A stretch of DNA of 64,000 nt from the human T2T-CHM13v2.0 reference genome, Homo sapiens. Under the pieces are notes generated by a model, which saw nothing but the letters and a program-made list of their open reading frames with translations, was not told the origin of the DNA and did not search any database. The translations under genes were made by a program, and so were the position numbers. Position 1 is the first letter of the stretch, and every line of letters begins with the position of its first letter. Positions 26,411-43,164 of the stretch are shown piece after piece. Location of the stretch: NCBI RefSeq assembly GCF_009914755.1, contig NC_060928.1; one strand, 5' to 3'.

Positions 26411-27609
26411 AACCATTAGGTGTACATTAAGATGTGGAACACAGTGCAAAGCTCAAATATTTTATTACCCAAAGTGTTTCCAAGACTAAATTCTGTGCTA
26501 AATTATGGCCCTGACAGTTCATTAGATAACGTTTTAACAAAATATTTCCCTAGAAAATGCATTGCCATGGGTTTGATTATTTCACATTTGATTTTCATTA
26601 TCACTCTTGTCTTCATTGGGAAAGGCCATTCCTTCTTTTCTCTAGAGAGCATGCAATGAGTAACTTTATGCTGTTTGATAAACTTATACAGTTTACAGGA
26701 ACAAAATCCTAGTTAGAAATTCAAGAAGCCCAAATCAAGTATTTAATAACCCACAGGGATAACATTTCTCAGAGAGAATGTAGATTTCTGTTTACTCATT
26801 AATTTTCCCCCTCTGACGAAAATAGTTTGCTTTGAGTGGTGATTATTTTCTGTAAAATCACTTGCATTGAAATGAGATGAAAAATATACATAAGAAAAGC
26901 AAAGAAGACAAGAGAAGCACTCGTTTCTTTCTATATTTTAATCACTGTCCCCACACAAATTTTGCTTTACGAATGATCTTTGAGTCTATGGTATGTAGCT
27001 TAATGAAGTAAATATTTAATGACAAAACATATGCTGAAGAAATATAAAAACACTTTTCTGTATGTGTTCTCACTTGTAGTTTCTCCCTTTTGTAAAGTGG
27101 ACATGTAAAACTAGCTGGAAAATTTGAGAGGAAAAAAATAAATATATAAGGTTTGAGTCTTTGCTGTGGTTCATAGTGTGTCTTATTTTATTTCATTTTC
27201 CTTGATTGGGCTCAGATTTGAAGCAAACTGTACTTTCCTGAACAACAGACACAAAAAAATCACTTACATGTGCTTGCATTTTTACTTTTTCTTTATGTTT
27301 TGTCTACAGGGAATAAAAATAATGAGATTGCTAATTTATATTTTGCATACTATAAAATATGACTTTTAGTCTCAAATATAATATAATGTGAAGTTATTTT
27401 AAATCTTTAGATTTAAATCTTTAGATTTATTTATTTATTTAAATCTTTAGATTATCTTTTACCATATCCTCATATAAAAACTAACAGAATACATGCTTTA
27501 TTGTGGTTTGAGTTTCATTTCTGCTTAAATTCAAAAGCTAATTAATCATAGAAAGCCTCTCAGAAGAATTGTTGATGTTGAAAATCCTTGAAGGAAAGTT
27601 TTTTCCTCA

Positions 27610-28115
27610 ATTTTTTGTATTGTGGTAAAATACATACAGCATTTACCATCTCAACAATTTTTTTAAGTGCACAGTTCAATGCTATTAAGTATGTTCACAT
27701 TGTTGTGCAACCATCCATCTTCAGGACCCTTTTCATCTTGCAAAACTGAAACTCTATACCCATTAAACAATAACTCCCCATTCTCCCTCCCTTTAGGTTC
27801 TGGCAACCACCATTCTATTTTCTATCTCTGTGATTTTTACTACTTTAAGTGTCTTATATAAGTAGAATTATGCAGTATTTGTCTTTTTGTGATTGGCTTA
27901 TTTAACTTAGCATAATGTCCTTAAAAATCATCCATGTTGTAGCACATGTCATAATTTCCTCCTTTTTTAAGGCTAAATCATAATATATATATATATATAC
28001 ACCCACATTTTGCTTATCTGTTCATCAGTTGATGGACACTTGGGTTCTTCCATGTTTTAACTATTGTGAATAATGCTGCCATAAATATGAGCGTATAAAT
28101 ATTTCTTTAAGACAC
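27610..28115 (-). mobile_element. L1MB-type 3' end (L1MB3-like)
   Basis: ttgtggtaaaatacata...tttcatcttgcaaaactgaaactctatacccattaaacaataactccccattc. Confidence 0.85.
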
Positions 28116-28889
28116 CACTTTATTGTTGCCTTTGTATTTAGTTATTTTTTGTAGTGAAATGTTTCAATTCCTTCTCATTTCTTTTTGTGGATACAACATT
28201 CTATAACTATTTTCTTTGTGGTTACCATGGGGATTACATTTAACATCCTAAAGTTATTATACTCTAATTGGAATTTATACCAGATTAACTTTAACAACAT
28301 ATAAAAACACTGCCCATTTACACATCTATCCCTATCCCTTTCAGTTAGTGTTGTCACAAAATTACACCTTAGTACATTTGTGTGCAAAAATAAACTAGTT
28401 TTAAGATGTATTAATCTCTTACCTTATGTAGAAAACAAAATGTAGAGTTACAAACCAAAGCTATAATAATACTAGCATTTAGACTTTTTTTAGTGTATTA
28501 ATATCTTGAACTTTAAAAAGTGCAGTTACACTCTGTTGTTACATAATACTAGTTTTTAAATAATTTCCCGTGTATTTACCTTTACTGAGATCTTTTTTTC
28601 ATCATACTGATTCTAGTTGCCATCTAGTGTCCTTTTATTTAAACTTGCAGGACTCCTTTTAGAATTTCTTGCAGGGCAAACTCTAGTGCTAATGAACTTG
28701 CTCAGCTTTTGTTTATCTGGAAATTTCTTAATTTCGATCCCACTTTTGAAGGATAGTTTTGCTAGACACAGATTTTCTGGTAAACAGTTTTTGTTTTTGT
28801 TTTGTGTTAGCACTTTGAGTATATTAGCCCACTGCCTTCTGGCCTCCAAAATTTCTGATGAGAAATCTTCTGATAGTCTTATGGATTAA

Positions 28890-29241
<352 letters not shown>

Positions 29242-30151
29242 CTTATCTCTTTGTCTTTATATAGTTCCATTACAATGTGTCCTGGTGCAAGTCTCTTTGA
29301 GTTCATTCAACTTGGAAGTTATTGAGCTTCTTGGATGTCTAGATTCATGTCTTTCATCAAATTTGAGAAGTCTGGGGTCAGTATTTCTTCAAATAATCTC
29401 TCTTCCCCTTTCTCTCTCTCTTTCTCTGGGTCTCCTACAATACATATGTTGGTCTACTTGATGGTATCCCACAAGTCTTTAAGTCTATGTTCAGTTTTCT
29501 GCAGTCTTTTTTTTAATTTCTCAGACTTGATTATTTAAATTCTCCCAGTGTCAAGTTGGTAATTCTTCTTTCTGCCTCCTCAAATCTGTTATCGAATCCC
29601 ACCGGTGAATTTTTTATTTTGATTAGTGTGATTTATAGCTCTAGATTTTTTTGTTTCTTTTTAGATTTTTTATTTTTATTGATATTTTTATTTTGTTCAT
29701 AAATTATTTTTCTTCATGTATTCCTTTTGTTGTTTGTGAACTTTAAAACAGGTGTCTTGAAGTGTTTGTCTAGTAGTTATGCAATCTGGTCTTTCTCAGG
29801 GACTGCTTATGTTGGTTTCTTTTTATTTTTTTCCTTTGAGCCATGATTTCCTGTTTCTTTGTATGCTTTGGAATTTTTGTTGAAAACTGGACATTTGAAT
29901 CTAATAATGTGGTAACTCTGGAGATAAGATTCTCCCCCTTCCTTAGGGTTTGCTCTTTTCTATTTTTGTTTTGTTTTGGTTTTGATTGTTGTAGACTGTC
30001 TCTATACCAATGATTAGCCTGGGGAGGGTAAACCTAAGGTCATCTTTAGTCTTTTCTAAGCCTGCACCTTTCCCTGGCATGAGTTGTAGTCACTTTCTAA
30101 TTTTCTTAATATATACAGTTGTTTTTGAATGGCCTAGTATTTAAGGTGTAT

Positions 30152-30440
30152 AGAAATAAAAATATATAAAACCTAAAAAGAAGCAAAAAATCTAGAGCTT
30201 AAAAGTACAATAACTAATATGAAAAATTCACTAGAGAGATTCAAGAACAGATTTGAGCAGCAGAAGAAAGAATCAGCAAACATGACAGTGTGACAATTTA
30301 ACTGATCAAGACTGTGGAATTGAAAGAAAAAAGACTCAATAAAAATGAACAGGGTCTAAAGAACCTGTGGAATACCATCAAGTGGACCAACATATGCACT
30401 GCAGGGGACTCAGAAGAGGCAAAAGAAAAATGAAAGAGGG
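30152..30440 (+). repeat. Old, diverged inverted L1 ORF1 segment embedded in the antisense L1M
   Basis: Aligns by eye (roughly 70-75%) to the reverse complement of ~29405-29690. Confidence 0.65.
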
Positions 30441-31830
30441 AAGGATTCTAGCCCTTTAAATACCATGAAAGTCACTTCAGATTAAGAAAGAGAGCCTTGC
30501 AACAAATAGTGGTGGGGACTAGGGGCTAGTGCTATAATGGCTGGCTGCCTGCCTCTTGGTCTGCACCTCAATGATCAAAAGCAGCAATCGGAATACAGAT
30601 TCTAATCACTGGACAACAAGTTCTTATTGCTCTCTGTGGCTCCCACAGGCCATGTACAAGCTGTTCCAGAGATAATGAATAGATGCCTGCCACAGGCTAG
30701 GGTTGGGGGATTGGTATTCGCTGCTGAGCTAAGAGCTGACAATTTACTGTCCAACCATCCCCTGGAAGTTACAAGCCTTTAGTAGACTATAGAGTTAAGA
30801 AATAGTTATGTTAGACAGATGTTGTTAGTGCAATTGTTGTCTAGGTGGGTAGATTGATTCCTGATGTTATTGCACCACTTTGTAGAAATCTCTCTGAAGC
30901 ACCTTTTAAATTAAGAAATGCATATAATATATTTTTAGCTAATTGGCTCAAGTCATATTTCTCATAAATATTAATATATTATATTCAATTGACAGTTTCT
31001 TTTCACAATTAGTACACATAGAACTATCTATTTCAAAATATTGTTAGGGACATAATTTTGAAAGTCATTTCTCCTGAATATGGTGATGAAATGAAAACTG
31101 TTCAAAAAAACTAATTATTGAGATTTTGTTAACTGAAAAGCAAAAGTGAAATTGAAAAGAAATGTGAATGTGTATACGGTGAACTCATGAGTATGTGTGT
31201 GATGTGAAGAGGGGAGATTGTGAAGAGAACGCTGTGCCTTCAAATCAACTAAATGGTTAAATAAAACACAGTAACAAGTGTGGTCTTGTTGCTAGATCAG
31301 GCACATTTTTAGTTTTGGAACATACTTCATTGCATAGAATTTAATATGTAATTGTTGTTTGTGTATAAAACCTTATTTACCCTCTCCCACACAAACTAGA
31401 ATTATAAACTTTAATTTTCCTTTCAAAATAAAATACAACTTGTCTCTTGTGATGTAACAAAATTAAATAAAACATAAAGCATTTCTAAACAAACATGCAA
31501 TAATAATTTTAGCTCTAGCCTAGTAACATTTCAAGCAGAGTCATCAAATCATGGCTGTACACAAATTTATTAATGATAAGATCATGTTAATACCAATTAG
31601 TTCATTTGTCTTTATACTTAATAAAGTGCTTTTGATGCTTATCTGATAGACATTGTGCAAGGCATATTATATGTGGTGGGATGCAGGATAAAATTGCGTA
31701 TAGTTGAGCATTTCTTTCTTATGTTTAACTTTTGAATAACCCAAACTTTCCTACATTATTCATGAACATTCCAAAAACACTATTCTAAAATGAATTTGAA
31801 TTTTGATTTATCAAGTGGTAGAACTTTAAA

Positions 31831-32337
31831 ACACCTGTTTTAAAGTTCACAAACAACTAAAAGAATACATGAAGAAAAATAATTTATGAACAAAATAAAA
31901 ATATCAATAAAAATAAAAAATCTAAAAAGAAACAAAAAAATCTAGAGCTATAAATCACACTAATCAAAATAAAAAATTCACCGGTGGGATTCGATAACAG
32001 ATTTGAGGAGGCAGAAAGAAGAATTACCAACTTGACACTGGGAGAATTTAAATAATCAAGTCTGAGAAATTAAAAAAAAGACTGCAGAAAACTGAACATA
32101 GACTTAAAGACTTGTGGGATACCATCAAGTAGACCAACATATGTATTGTAGGAGTCAAATTTGATGAAAGACATGAATCTAGACATCCAAGAAGCTCAAT
32201 AACTTCCAAGTTGAATGAACTCAAAGAGACTTGCACCAGGACACATTGTAATGGAACTATATAAAGACAAAGAGATAAGGGTCAGATGCAGTTGCTCATG
32301 CCTGCAATCCCAGCACTTTGAGAGGCCAACGCAGTGG
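31831..32337 (+). repeat. Near-perfect inverted duplication of 29184-29755 lacking 29367-29431
   Basis: Line-by-line comparison: 505/507 identical; includes the L1/Alu junction and 58 bp of the Alu 5' end. Confidence 0.95.
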
Positions 32338-32340
32338 CCT

Positions 32341-32390
32341 ACTACATGTAATTCCACTACATGTAAACGAATTCCACTACATGTAAACAG
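32341..32390 (+). repeat. Three staggered copies of (aattcc)actacatgta(aac) at the duplication junction
   Basis: actacatgta / attccactacatgtaaacg / aattccactacatgtaaacag. Confidence 0.9.
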
Positions 32391-32570
32391 TGTTCAACAT
32401 TCTCATTTTTAACTTCCAACATTTTGATATAAATTATGTATAAAAGTAGAAGACTGCTTGGAAAACAGAGTCCTGCAACCCTTGTCTTTTTATCATAATC
32501 ATCCACAAGACTGGATGTATGTTCTGAAAATCACAATGCATACAAATGTGAAGAGGTTCATGTAAGTTGA

Positions 32571-32820
32571 ATAATAATAATAATAATGAGTAACATTTAT
32601 GTATTGCATACTATGTGGCAGGCACTCTTCTAGGCACTTGCCCATATTAAACCATTTAATCCTTAAAACAATCTTATAAGGTAGATATTACTATTACTTC
32701 CATTTTACATGTGAGAAAATGGAAGCACAGAGAGATAAGGTAACATGTTCAAGGATATACAGCTAGGATTTTGTGGGGTTGGGATTCAAACTTAAGTAGT
32801 CTGGCTTTAGACTTTAACTG
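32571..32820 (-). mobile_element. MIR, near full length
   Basis: (aat)n tail, ccattttacatgtgagaaaatggaagcacagagag, gggattcaaact...gtctggct. Confidence 0.85.
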
Positions 32821-32904
32821 TTGCTAGAATAAGTAGAAAGAACTTTATGAAATACGTTGACTTTAAACAAGAAACTGAAGAAAGATATCACTTAAAAATT
32901 TTAC

Positions 32905-33830
32905 TTAATTTTTTTTATTTTGAAATACTTTTAGACTTACAGAAAAGTTGCAAAAATAGTGCGGAGAATTCTCTTTACTCAGCCTTCCATAATATTAACA
33001 TTTTATATTACCTTAGCACAGCTATTCAAACAGGAAATTGACATTGGTACAATACTGTTAACTATTGTTGATATATATGTGTATATAAAAGAGGCTATTT
33101 TTAATTTGTGAATTGTCACAACAATGTCCTTTTTCTGGTCTGTAATCCAATTCAGGCTCTCACATTGCATTTAATTATTATGCTTTCTTAGTCTCCTCCA
33201 AACTATGACAGTTCTTCGTTCTTTTTTTTATCCACTATGGACAGGACATCTGGTAAGAGTAACTTAGGGCAGTTATTTTTGGTACTTATTGAGTTCCTCA
33301 GTATAGGTTTTTCTGTTGTTTTCTCAAAAGTATATTGAGATTATCAATTTTTGGCAAGAATACTACAGAAATGATGTTGTGTCCTTCTCAGTGCATCATA
33401 TCAGTAGGTATCTGATGTCTGTATATCTTTTTACTGATGGATGTTAATCTTGGTCACTTGTTAAGAGTAATGTTTGGTAGTTTTCCCCAGTGTGAAGTTT
33501 CTATTTTTTTTCCTTTGAAAGGTACGTTCTAATGGAAAGATACCTTGACACTGCAAATACCCTATTTCTTATCAAACATTGTTCACTGATTTTGGTATTC
33601 ATTTATGATATTGCCTGCAACCATTATAAATGTGGTGTATGCTTAATGTAATTTGTTCTAAAGAATAGCTATTCCCTTTGCACTTTTAAATTAACTTCAA
33701 TTTTTTATTTATATCAGTATGGGTTATAATCTGACACTATTAGTACTTAACTTTGTTGTTTATATTACTCCAACCTTGGCCACTAGTAGCTCCTATATAT
33801 TTTGACATGACCTTATTATTTTTTGAATGC
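32905..33830 (-). mobile_element. L1MC-type 3' end
   Basis: ttattttgaaatacttttagacttacagaaaagttgcaaaaatagt...aggaaattgacattggtacaatact. Confidence 0.75.
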
Positions 33831-33919
33831 CTTACAGTTTTGAAAAAGGAAATCACTGCAATATTTTACTCCGTCTCAAAAACAAACAAGTTCATGATAT
33901 AACCCATGAATTATAAATA

Positions 33920-34320
33920 ATATGACATAATAGACATATTAATAAAGAGCTATGGGAATCACAGAAGAGAGAGCAACTAATTCTGCCTATGAAGAAGATG
34001 GATGGCGTGAGAGGAAGCTTCGGAATGGAGGAGACAGTTTTAGAATGAAGAATTCAGTAGTGAGAAGGAAATTGGGAGAACTTTACAGGATGAGGCAAAA
34101 ACTTGATTAAGGACACAGGCATGAAGGAGAAAAATAGGATTAAGGAACGAATGGGAAACTGAAACTCAGGTTGCGTTTGACAGAGGAGGATGGAAGCAGT
34201 GGAAGGTAGAAGTCTGGGTGGTAAGTTGGAGCCAGGACATGGTGTGTCTTACAGACCATGGCAAGAAGTTTGGCTTTGTCTTTTTTAACACCTACAAAAC
34301 CTTTGAATGGCTTTGTCTTG
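33920..34320 (-). mobile_element. L2 fragment
   Basis: gagctatgggaatcacagaagagagagcaactaattctgcct...agaccatggcaagaagtttggcttt. Confidence 0.65.
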
Positions 34321-35761
34321 AACATTGGAAATTATTCAGCAATTAAACTTGGATATTTTGGTCCTGGAAAAATAACCAGAGCAAAATAAGAGATGGAGTG
34401 ATTCTGTATTATTATTCCAAAGAGGCTATTGAATCACGTGACACCAGCTTTGATAAAAAATATTTCAAAATATATAAACCCAAATATGTTGATCTCATTT
34501 CTGGCTCTGTGTATCTTAACTTTCGCATATTATCTTATGGTATTCCTTTTCAGAAAACAGGTCTTGGGAAAAGTGGCAAATTAAATGAGATTGAATATAA
34601 TCAAATAAAGACAGTATTGTCTGCGTTCAATATTAAAATCTCTTTCTCCATAAATTATAGTTTTTTTGTCATGTAAAAGAACTGTATGGGATTTTTGGTC
34701 TAGCAGTAAATATCCTGAGTTCCGTATAAATTACACATCAAACTATATGCAGCATGCACTTAAACTAATGAGGGATTGATTGATTTGGAACCTTCTTTAC
34801 AATGAAATATAATCTTAAGTTTTTAATCAACATATTTTCAGAGATGACATAGCGTATTTTTTAAAAGAACAAAATATAGAAAAAGTCAACTTTTGTAAAC
34901 AAAAAGTATAAATAAGTACTCTAAATTTGTTAACAAAATTTGAAAAAAATTCTTTTATTAAAGACCTTGTTTATGTTAAAACAAAAATATCTGAAGTGAG
35001 TGTAAAGTGTTTTTGTTCAAAAAAAGGACCTTCATTTTGTCTTAAAGACATTAATGAGTGGCTTTACTTTTGGGCATGGTTTGTCAAGAGGTACTGAATT
35101 AGTAGAAATACTTAAAGTCATCAAGTAATTTGTAATGATTAAATTAGTTCATTTCAGCAATAAGTGAGACATCAAACAATGATGTTTGTATTGTCTTGGA
35201 TCTTCTATTCTAATGGAATATTTGTAGAATAATATTGCAAATAAGAGGTATAAATCTCTGAATTTTTACAGAAGTGAATAAATCAATGAACTGAATACAT
35301 GAGTGAAAATTCAGTGTACATTGCCATGAGTGAAAATTCAGTAATGTACACTGAATAAATAAAATAAATAAGATAAATTTTATTATCTTATAAAATTTCA
35401 ACTAGCACAAACTTTAATGGGTAGAAAATGAAGCAAGGCTTATGTCTGGAAGAATTGCTAATTAAAGTTTGGATATAAAGTTGTATTTTTGAGAAGAATG
35501 CATGAACTTCTTTTTTTTGTTTCTCTTTTTTTTATTTTTTATTTTTTACTTTTTTTATTATACTTTAAGATTTAGGGTACATGTGCACAACGTGCAGGTT
35601 AGTTACATATGTATACATGTGCCATGTTGGTGTGCTGCACCCATTAACTCGTCATTTAACATTAGGTATATCTCCCAATGCTATCCCTCCCCACTCCCCC
35701 CACCCCACAACAGGCCCCGGTGTGTGATGTTCCCCTTCCTGTGTCCATGTGTTCTCATTGT

Positions 35762-39565
<3,804 letters not shown>

Positions 39566-39628
39566 TATGATGTTAGCTGGTTATTTTGGTCATTAGTTGA
39601 TGCAGTTTCTTCCTAGCCTCGACGGTCT

Positions 39629-40640
39629 TTAGAATTTGGCATGTTTTTGCAGTGGCTCGTATTGGGTGTTCGTTTCCACGTTTAGTGCTTCCTTCAGGAG
39701 CTCTTGTAGGGCAGGCCTGGTGGTGACAAAATCTCTCAGCATTTGCTTGTCTGTAAAGTATTTTATTTCTCCTTCACTTATGAAGCTTAGTTTGGCTGGA
39801 TATGAAATTCTGGGTTGAAAATTCTTTTCTTTAAGAATGTTGAAAATTGGCCCCCACTCTCTTCTGGCTTGTAGAGTTTCTACTGAGAGATCAGCTGTTA
39901 GTCTGATGGGCATCCCTTTGTGGGTACCCCGACCTTTCTCTCTGCCCTTAACATTTTTTCCTTCATTTCAACTTTGATGAATCTGACAATTATGTGTCTG
40001 GAGTTGCTCTTCTTGAGGAGTATCTTTGTGGCATTCTCTGTATTTCCTGAATTTAAATGTTGTCCTGCCTTGCTAGATTGGGGAAGTTCTCCTGGATAAT
40101 ATCCTGCAGAGTGTTTTCCCACTTGATTCCATTCTCCCCGTCACTTTCAGGTACACCAATCAGACGTAGATTTGGTCTTTTCACATAGTCCCATATTTCT
40201 TGGAGGATTTGTTCGTTTCTTTTTATTCTTTTTTCTCTAAACGTCCCTTCTCACTTCATTTCATTCATTTGATCTTCCATCACTGATACCATTTCTTCCA
40301 GTTGATCAAATCAGCTACTGAGGCTTGTGCATTCGTCACGTAGTTCTCGTGCCTTGGTTTTCAGCTCCATCAGGTCCTTTAAGGACTTCTCTGCATTGGT
40401 TATTCTAGTTAGCCATTTGTCTAATTTTTTTTCAAGGTTTTTAACTTCTTTGTCATGGGTTTGAACTTCCTCCTTTAGCTCGGAGTAGTTTGATCGTCTG
40501 AAGCCTTCTTCTCCCAATTCGTCAAAGTCGTTCTCTGTTCAGCTTTGTTCCGTTGCTGGTGAGGAGCTGTGTTCCTTTGGAGGAGGAAAGGCACTCTGCT
40601 TTTTAGAGTTTCCAGTTTTTCTGCTCTGTTTTTTCCCCAT
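39629..40640 (-). pseudogene. L1 ORF1, disrupted
   Basis: ATG GGG AAA AAA CAG at 40640; fragments 40311-40517 and 39629-39913 (ARREWGPIF, YPAKLSF) not joined in one ORF. Confidence 0.92.
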
Positions 40641-41215
40641 CTTTGTGGTTTTATCTACCTTTGGTCTTTGATGATGGTGACGTACGAACAGGGTTTTGGT
40701 GTGGATGTCCTTTCTGTTTGTTAGTTTTCCTTCTAACAGTCAGGACCCTCAGCTGCAAGTCTGTTGGAGTTTGCTGGAGGTCCACTCCAGACCCTGTTTG
40801 CCTGGGTATCAGCAGCGGAGGCTGCAGAACAGTGGATGTTTGTGAGCAGCAAGTGTTGCTGCCTGATCGTTCCTCTGGAAGTTTTGTCTCAGAGGAGTAC
40901 CCGGCAGTGTGAGGTGTCAGTCTTCCCCTACTGGGGGGTGCCTCCCAGTTAGGCTACTCAGGGGTCAGGGACCCACTTGAGGAGGCAGTCTGTCTGTTCT
41001 CAGATCTCCAGCTGCGTGCTGGGAGAACCACTACTCTCTTCAAAGCTGTCAGACAGGGACATTTAAGTCTACAGAGGATTCTGCTGCCTTTTGTTTGAAA
41101 ATGCCCTGCCCCAAGAGATGGAGTCTACAGAGGTAGGCAGGTCTCCTTGAGCTGTGGTGGGCTCCACCCAGTTCGAGCTTCCAGGCCACTTTGTTTACCT
41201 ACTCAAGCCTAGGCA

Positions 41216-41479
41216 ATGGCGGGCACCCCTCCCCCAGCCTCACTGCTGCCTTGCAGTTTGATCTCAGACTGCTGTGCTAGCAATGAGCAAGGCTCTGTGG
41301 ACTTAGGACCCTCCGAGCCAGGCACAGGAGATGATCTCCTGGTGTGCTGTTTGCTAAGACTGTTGGAAAAGTGCAGTATTAGGGTGGGAATGACCCAATT
41401 TTCCAGGTGCCTTCTGTCACCCCTTTCTTTGACTAGGAAAGGGAATTACCTGACCCCTTGTGCTTCCCAGGTGAGTTGA
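41216..41479 (+). CDS. L1 ORF0 (antisense ORF of the 5'UTR), uninterrupted, 87 aa; expression unknown
   Basis: MAGTPPPASLLPCSLISDCCASN matches the primate L1 ORF0 N-terminus; Kozak context gcaATGG. Confidence 0.55.
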   Translation: MAGTPPPASLLPCSLISDCCASNEQGSVDLGPSEPGTGDDLLVCCLLRLLEKCSIRVGMTQFSRCLLSPLSLTRKGNYLTPCASQVS

Positions 41480-41793
41480 TGCCTCACCCTACTTTGGCTC
41501 ATGCTTGTTGCACTGCACCCACTGTCCTGCACCCACTTTCCGACACTGCCCAGTGAGATGAACCTGGTACCTCAGTTGGAAATGCAGAAATCACCCATCT
41601 TCTGCATCGCTCATGCTGGGAGCTCTAGACTGGAGCTTTTCCTATTTGGCCATCTTGGCTCCACCCCAAATGCATGAACTTCTAAAGAAAACATACTTGG
41701 ATGTCTGGATTAATCTCATACTTTTGATTAAGCCAATAAATGTAATCAAGATGATAATTCCTGTCATTTAGATGATATCTGTGATAAGTATAT

Positions 41794-41795
<2 letters not shown>

Positions 41796-41826
<31 letters not shown>
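41796..41826. repeat. (CA)n microsatellite
   Basis: Read directly. Confidence 0.92.
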
Positions 41827-41827
<1 letters not shown>

Positions 41828-42468
41828 CTCCCCACAAAATGTGAAATTATTAAAATCGAAACCCAAAACTTTGAAAACATTCACAGTTTGCTGCTTTGAT
41901 TCTTTGAAATGTTGAGAGCCACATTGGTATTAGATCAACACTTTTTCCCCTGGGTTCTAAGTCCATTTGACCAATATCTCTAAAATAGAGAACAAATTTT
42001 CATTACCAACTGTGAGAAACTACATAACTGGGCTGTATTAAATCAATGAAGTTGTGCTTTGGTGGAGGGAATACTAATGCATAATACTCTGAACCATTTA
42101 TGTAATTAAAATATATTTTGGGAAACCATAGAGAGATTAATAAAAAACCAAGATGGGCCGTTTCTCTGAGATTCAGAGCCAAAGTTGCTCACTATGGCTG
42201 TCCAATGTGCAGGAGAGAAATAAATATGTTGAAATTTTTTATTTCTAGGTTCCTAAAGCACCACAGAGCAAATTTAGTTGTTTTGCCTATTTGGTCAGTA
42301 ATCATTTAGACAGTATCCTTGAGAGGACTGTTGATGATAGCTCTCATTTTCTTATATTGATCTCAAAACTACCTCTATGTAATTTTCACTGAGATGGAGT
42401 TCATTGAGTTTGGAAGAGATTGAAATGGACATTCCTTATTTCTGCCTTGATATACACCACGTAAAAAT

Positions 42469-43164
42469 TGAGAGGAGGGGCCAGCTGAACTTCCTGGGTC
42501 GAATAGGGCCTCAGAAAGCTGTGAAACTCACTCATTTCCTGCATCAGGACTTACTTTAGTCCTGGATGAATAATATTGAAGATACATGCTTAAAATATTC
42601 CTAACGTCAGGGTTTGTGCATGTGTTTTCTTCCCCAAGAAAACTATAAACAGCGAAAATTTTGCCGTAAGTTTCCCTGTGTCCTCTCTCCCTCTCTTCCT
42701 TCCCCCTCCCCAAAAACTAAAGTAAAAGGAATGTTAACTGCCTGTTTTTCTGTGACCAGCAGACCTTATCTATACTCCCAATTCCAATTCCTTGTAAACA
42801 TACTTTGTAAAGTCCTGTGAGATCATGTCTCCTTTGCCATGCCACTGAAAAGTCATAAAATAAATAAAACCTAAGTTGCAGTTCCGGTTTTCCTCAAGAT
42901 CTGAGACATGTCACAAATGGTTAATTGTCTTTGTTTCTCGCTCTGGTAACATCTTCCCGCCTAAAGAGTTTAAAAGGCAATCATATAATCTCACTCTTGC
43001 TACCCATTCAGGACCCCTTTCATGCTGTGGAAGCTTTGTACTTTCACTCTGCTCAATAAAGCCTACAGCTTTTTCTCTCTATTGGTCCGTGTATCTATCA
43101 CTCGCTGCGGTGAGCCACCACACCAATTCTTTGGCGTAGCTAGGCAAGAACCTTAGGCGTTACA
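42469..43164 (+). mobile_element. ERV1 solo LTR, LTR30-like (HERV9/W/30 group)
   Basis: TGAGAGGAGGGGCCAGCTG...GCGTTACA; 4-bp TSD aaat; AATAAA at ~43055. Confidence 0.8.

Noticed and set aside
29335-32236. Two ORFs with identical C-termini as duplicated genes
   Set aside because: Antisense readings of L1 ORF1 remnant duplicated by the inversion event; no splice or promoter support.
32341-32390. CRISPR-like repeat array
   Set aside because: No spacers, unequal units, eukaryotic context; it is a repair junction.
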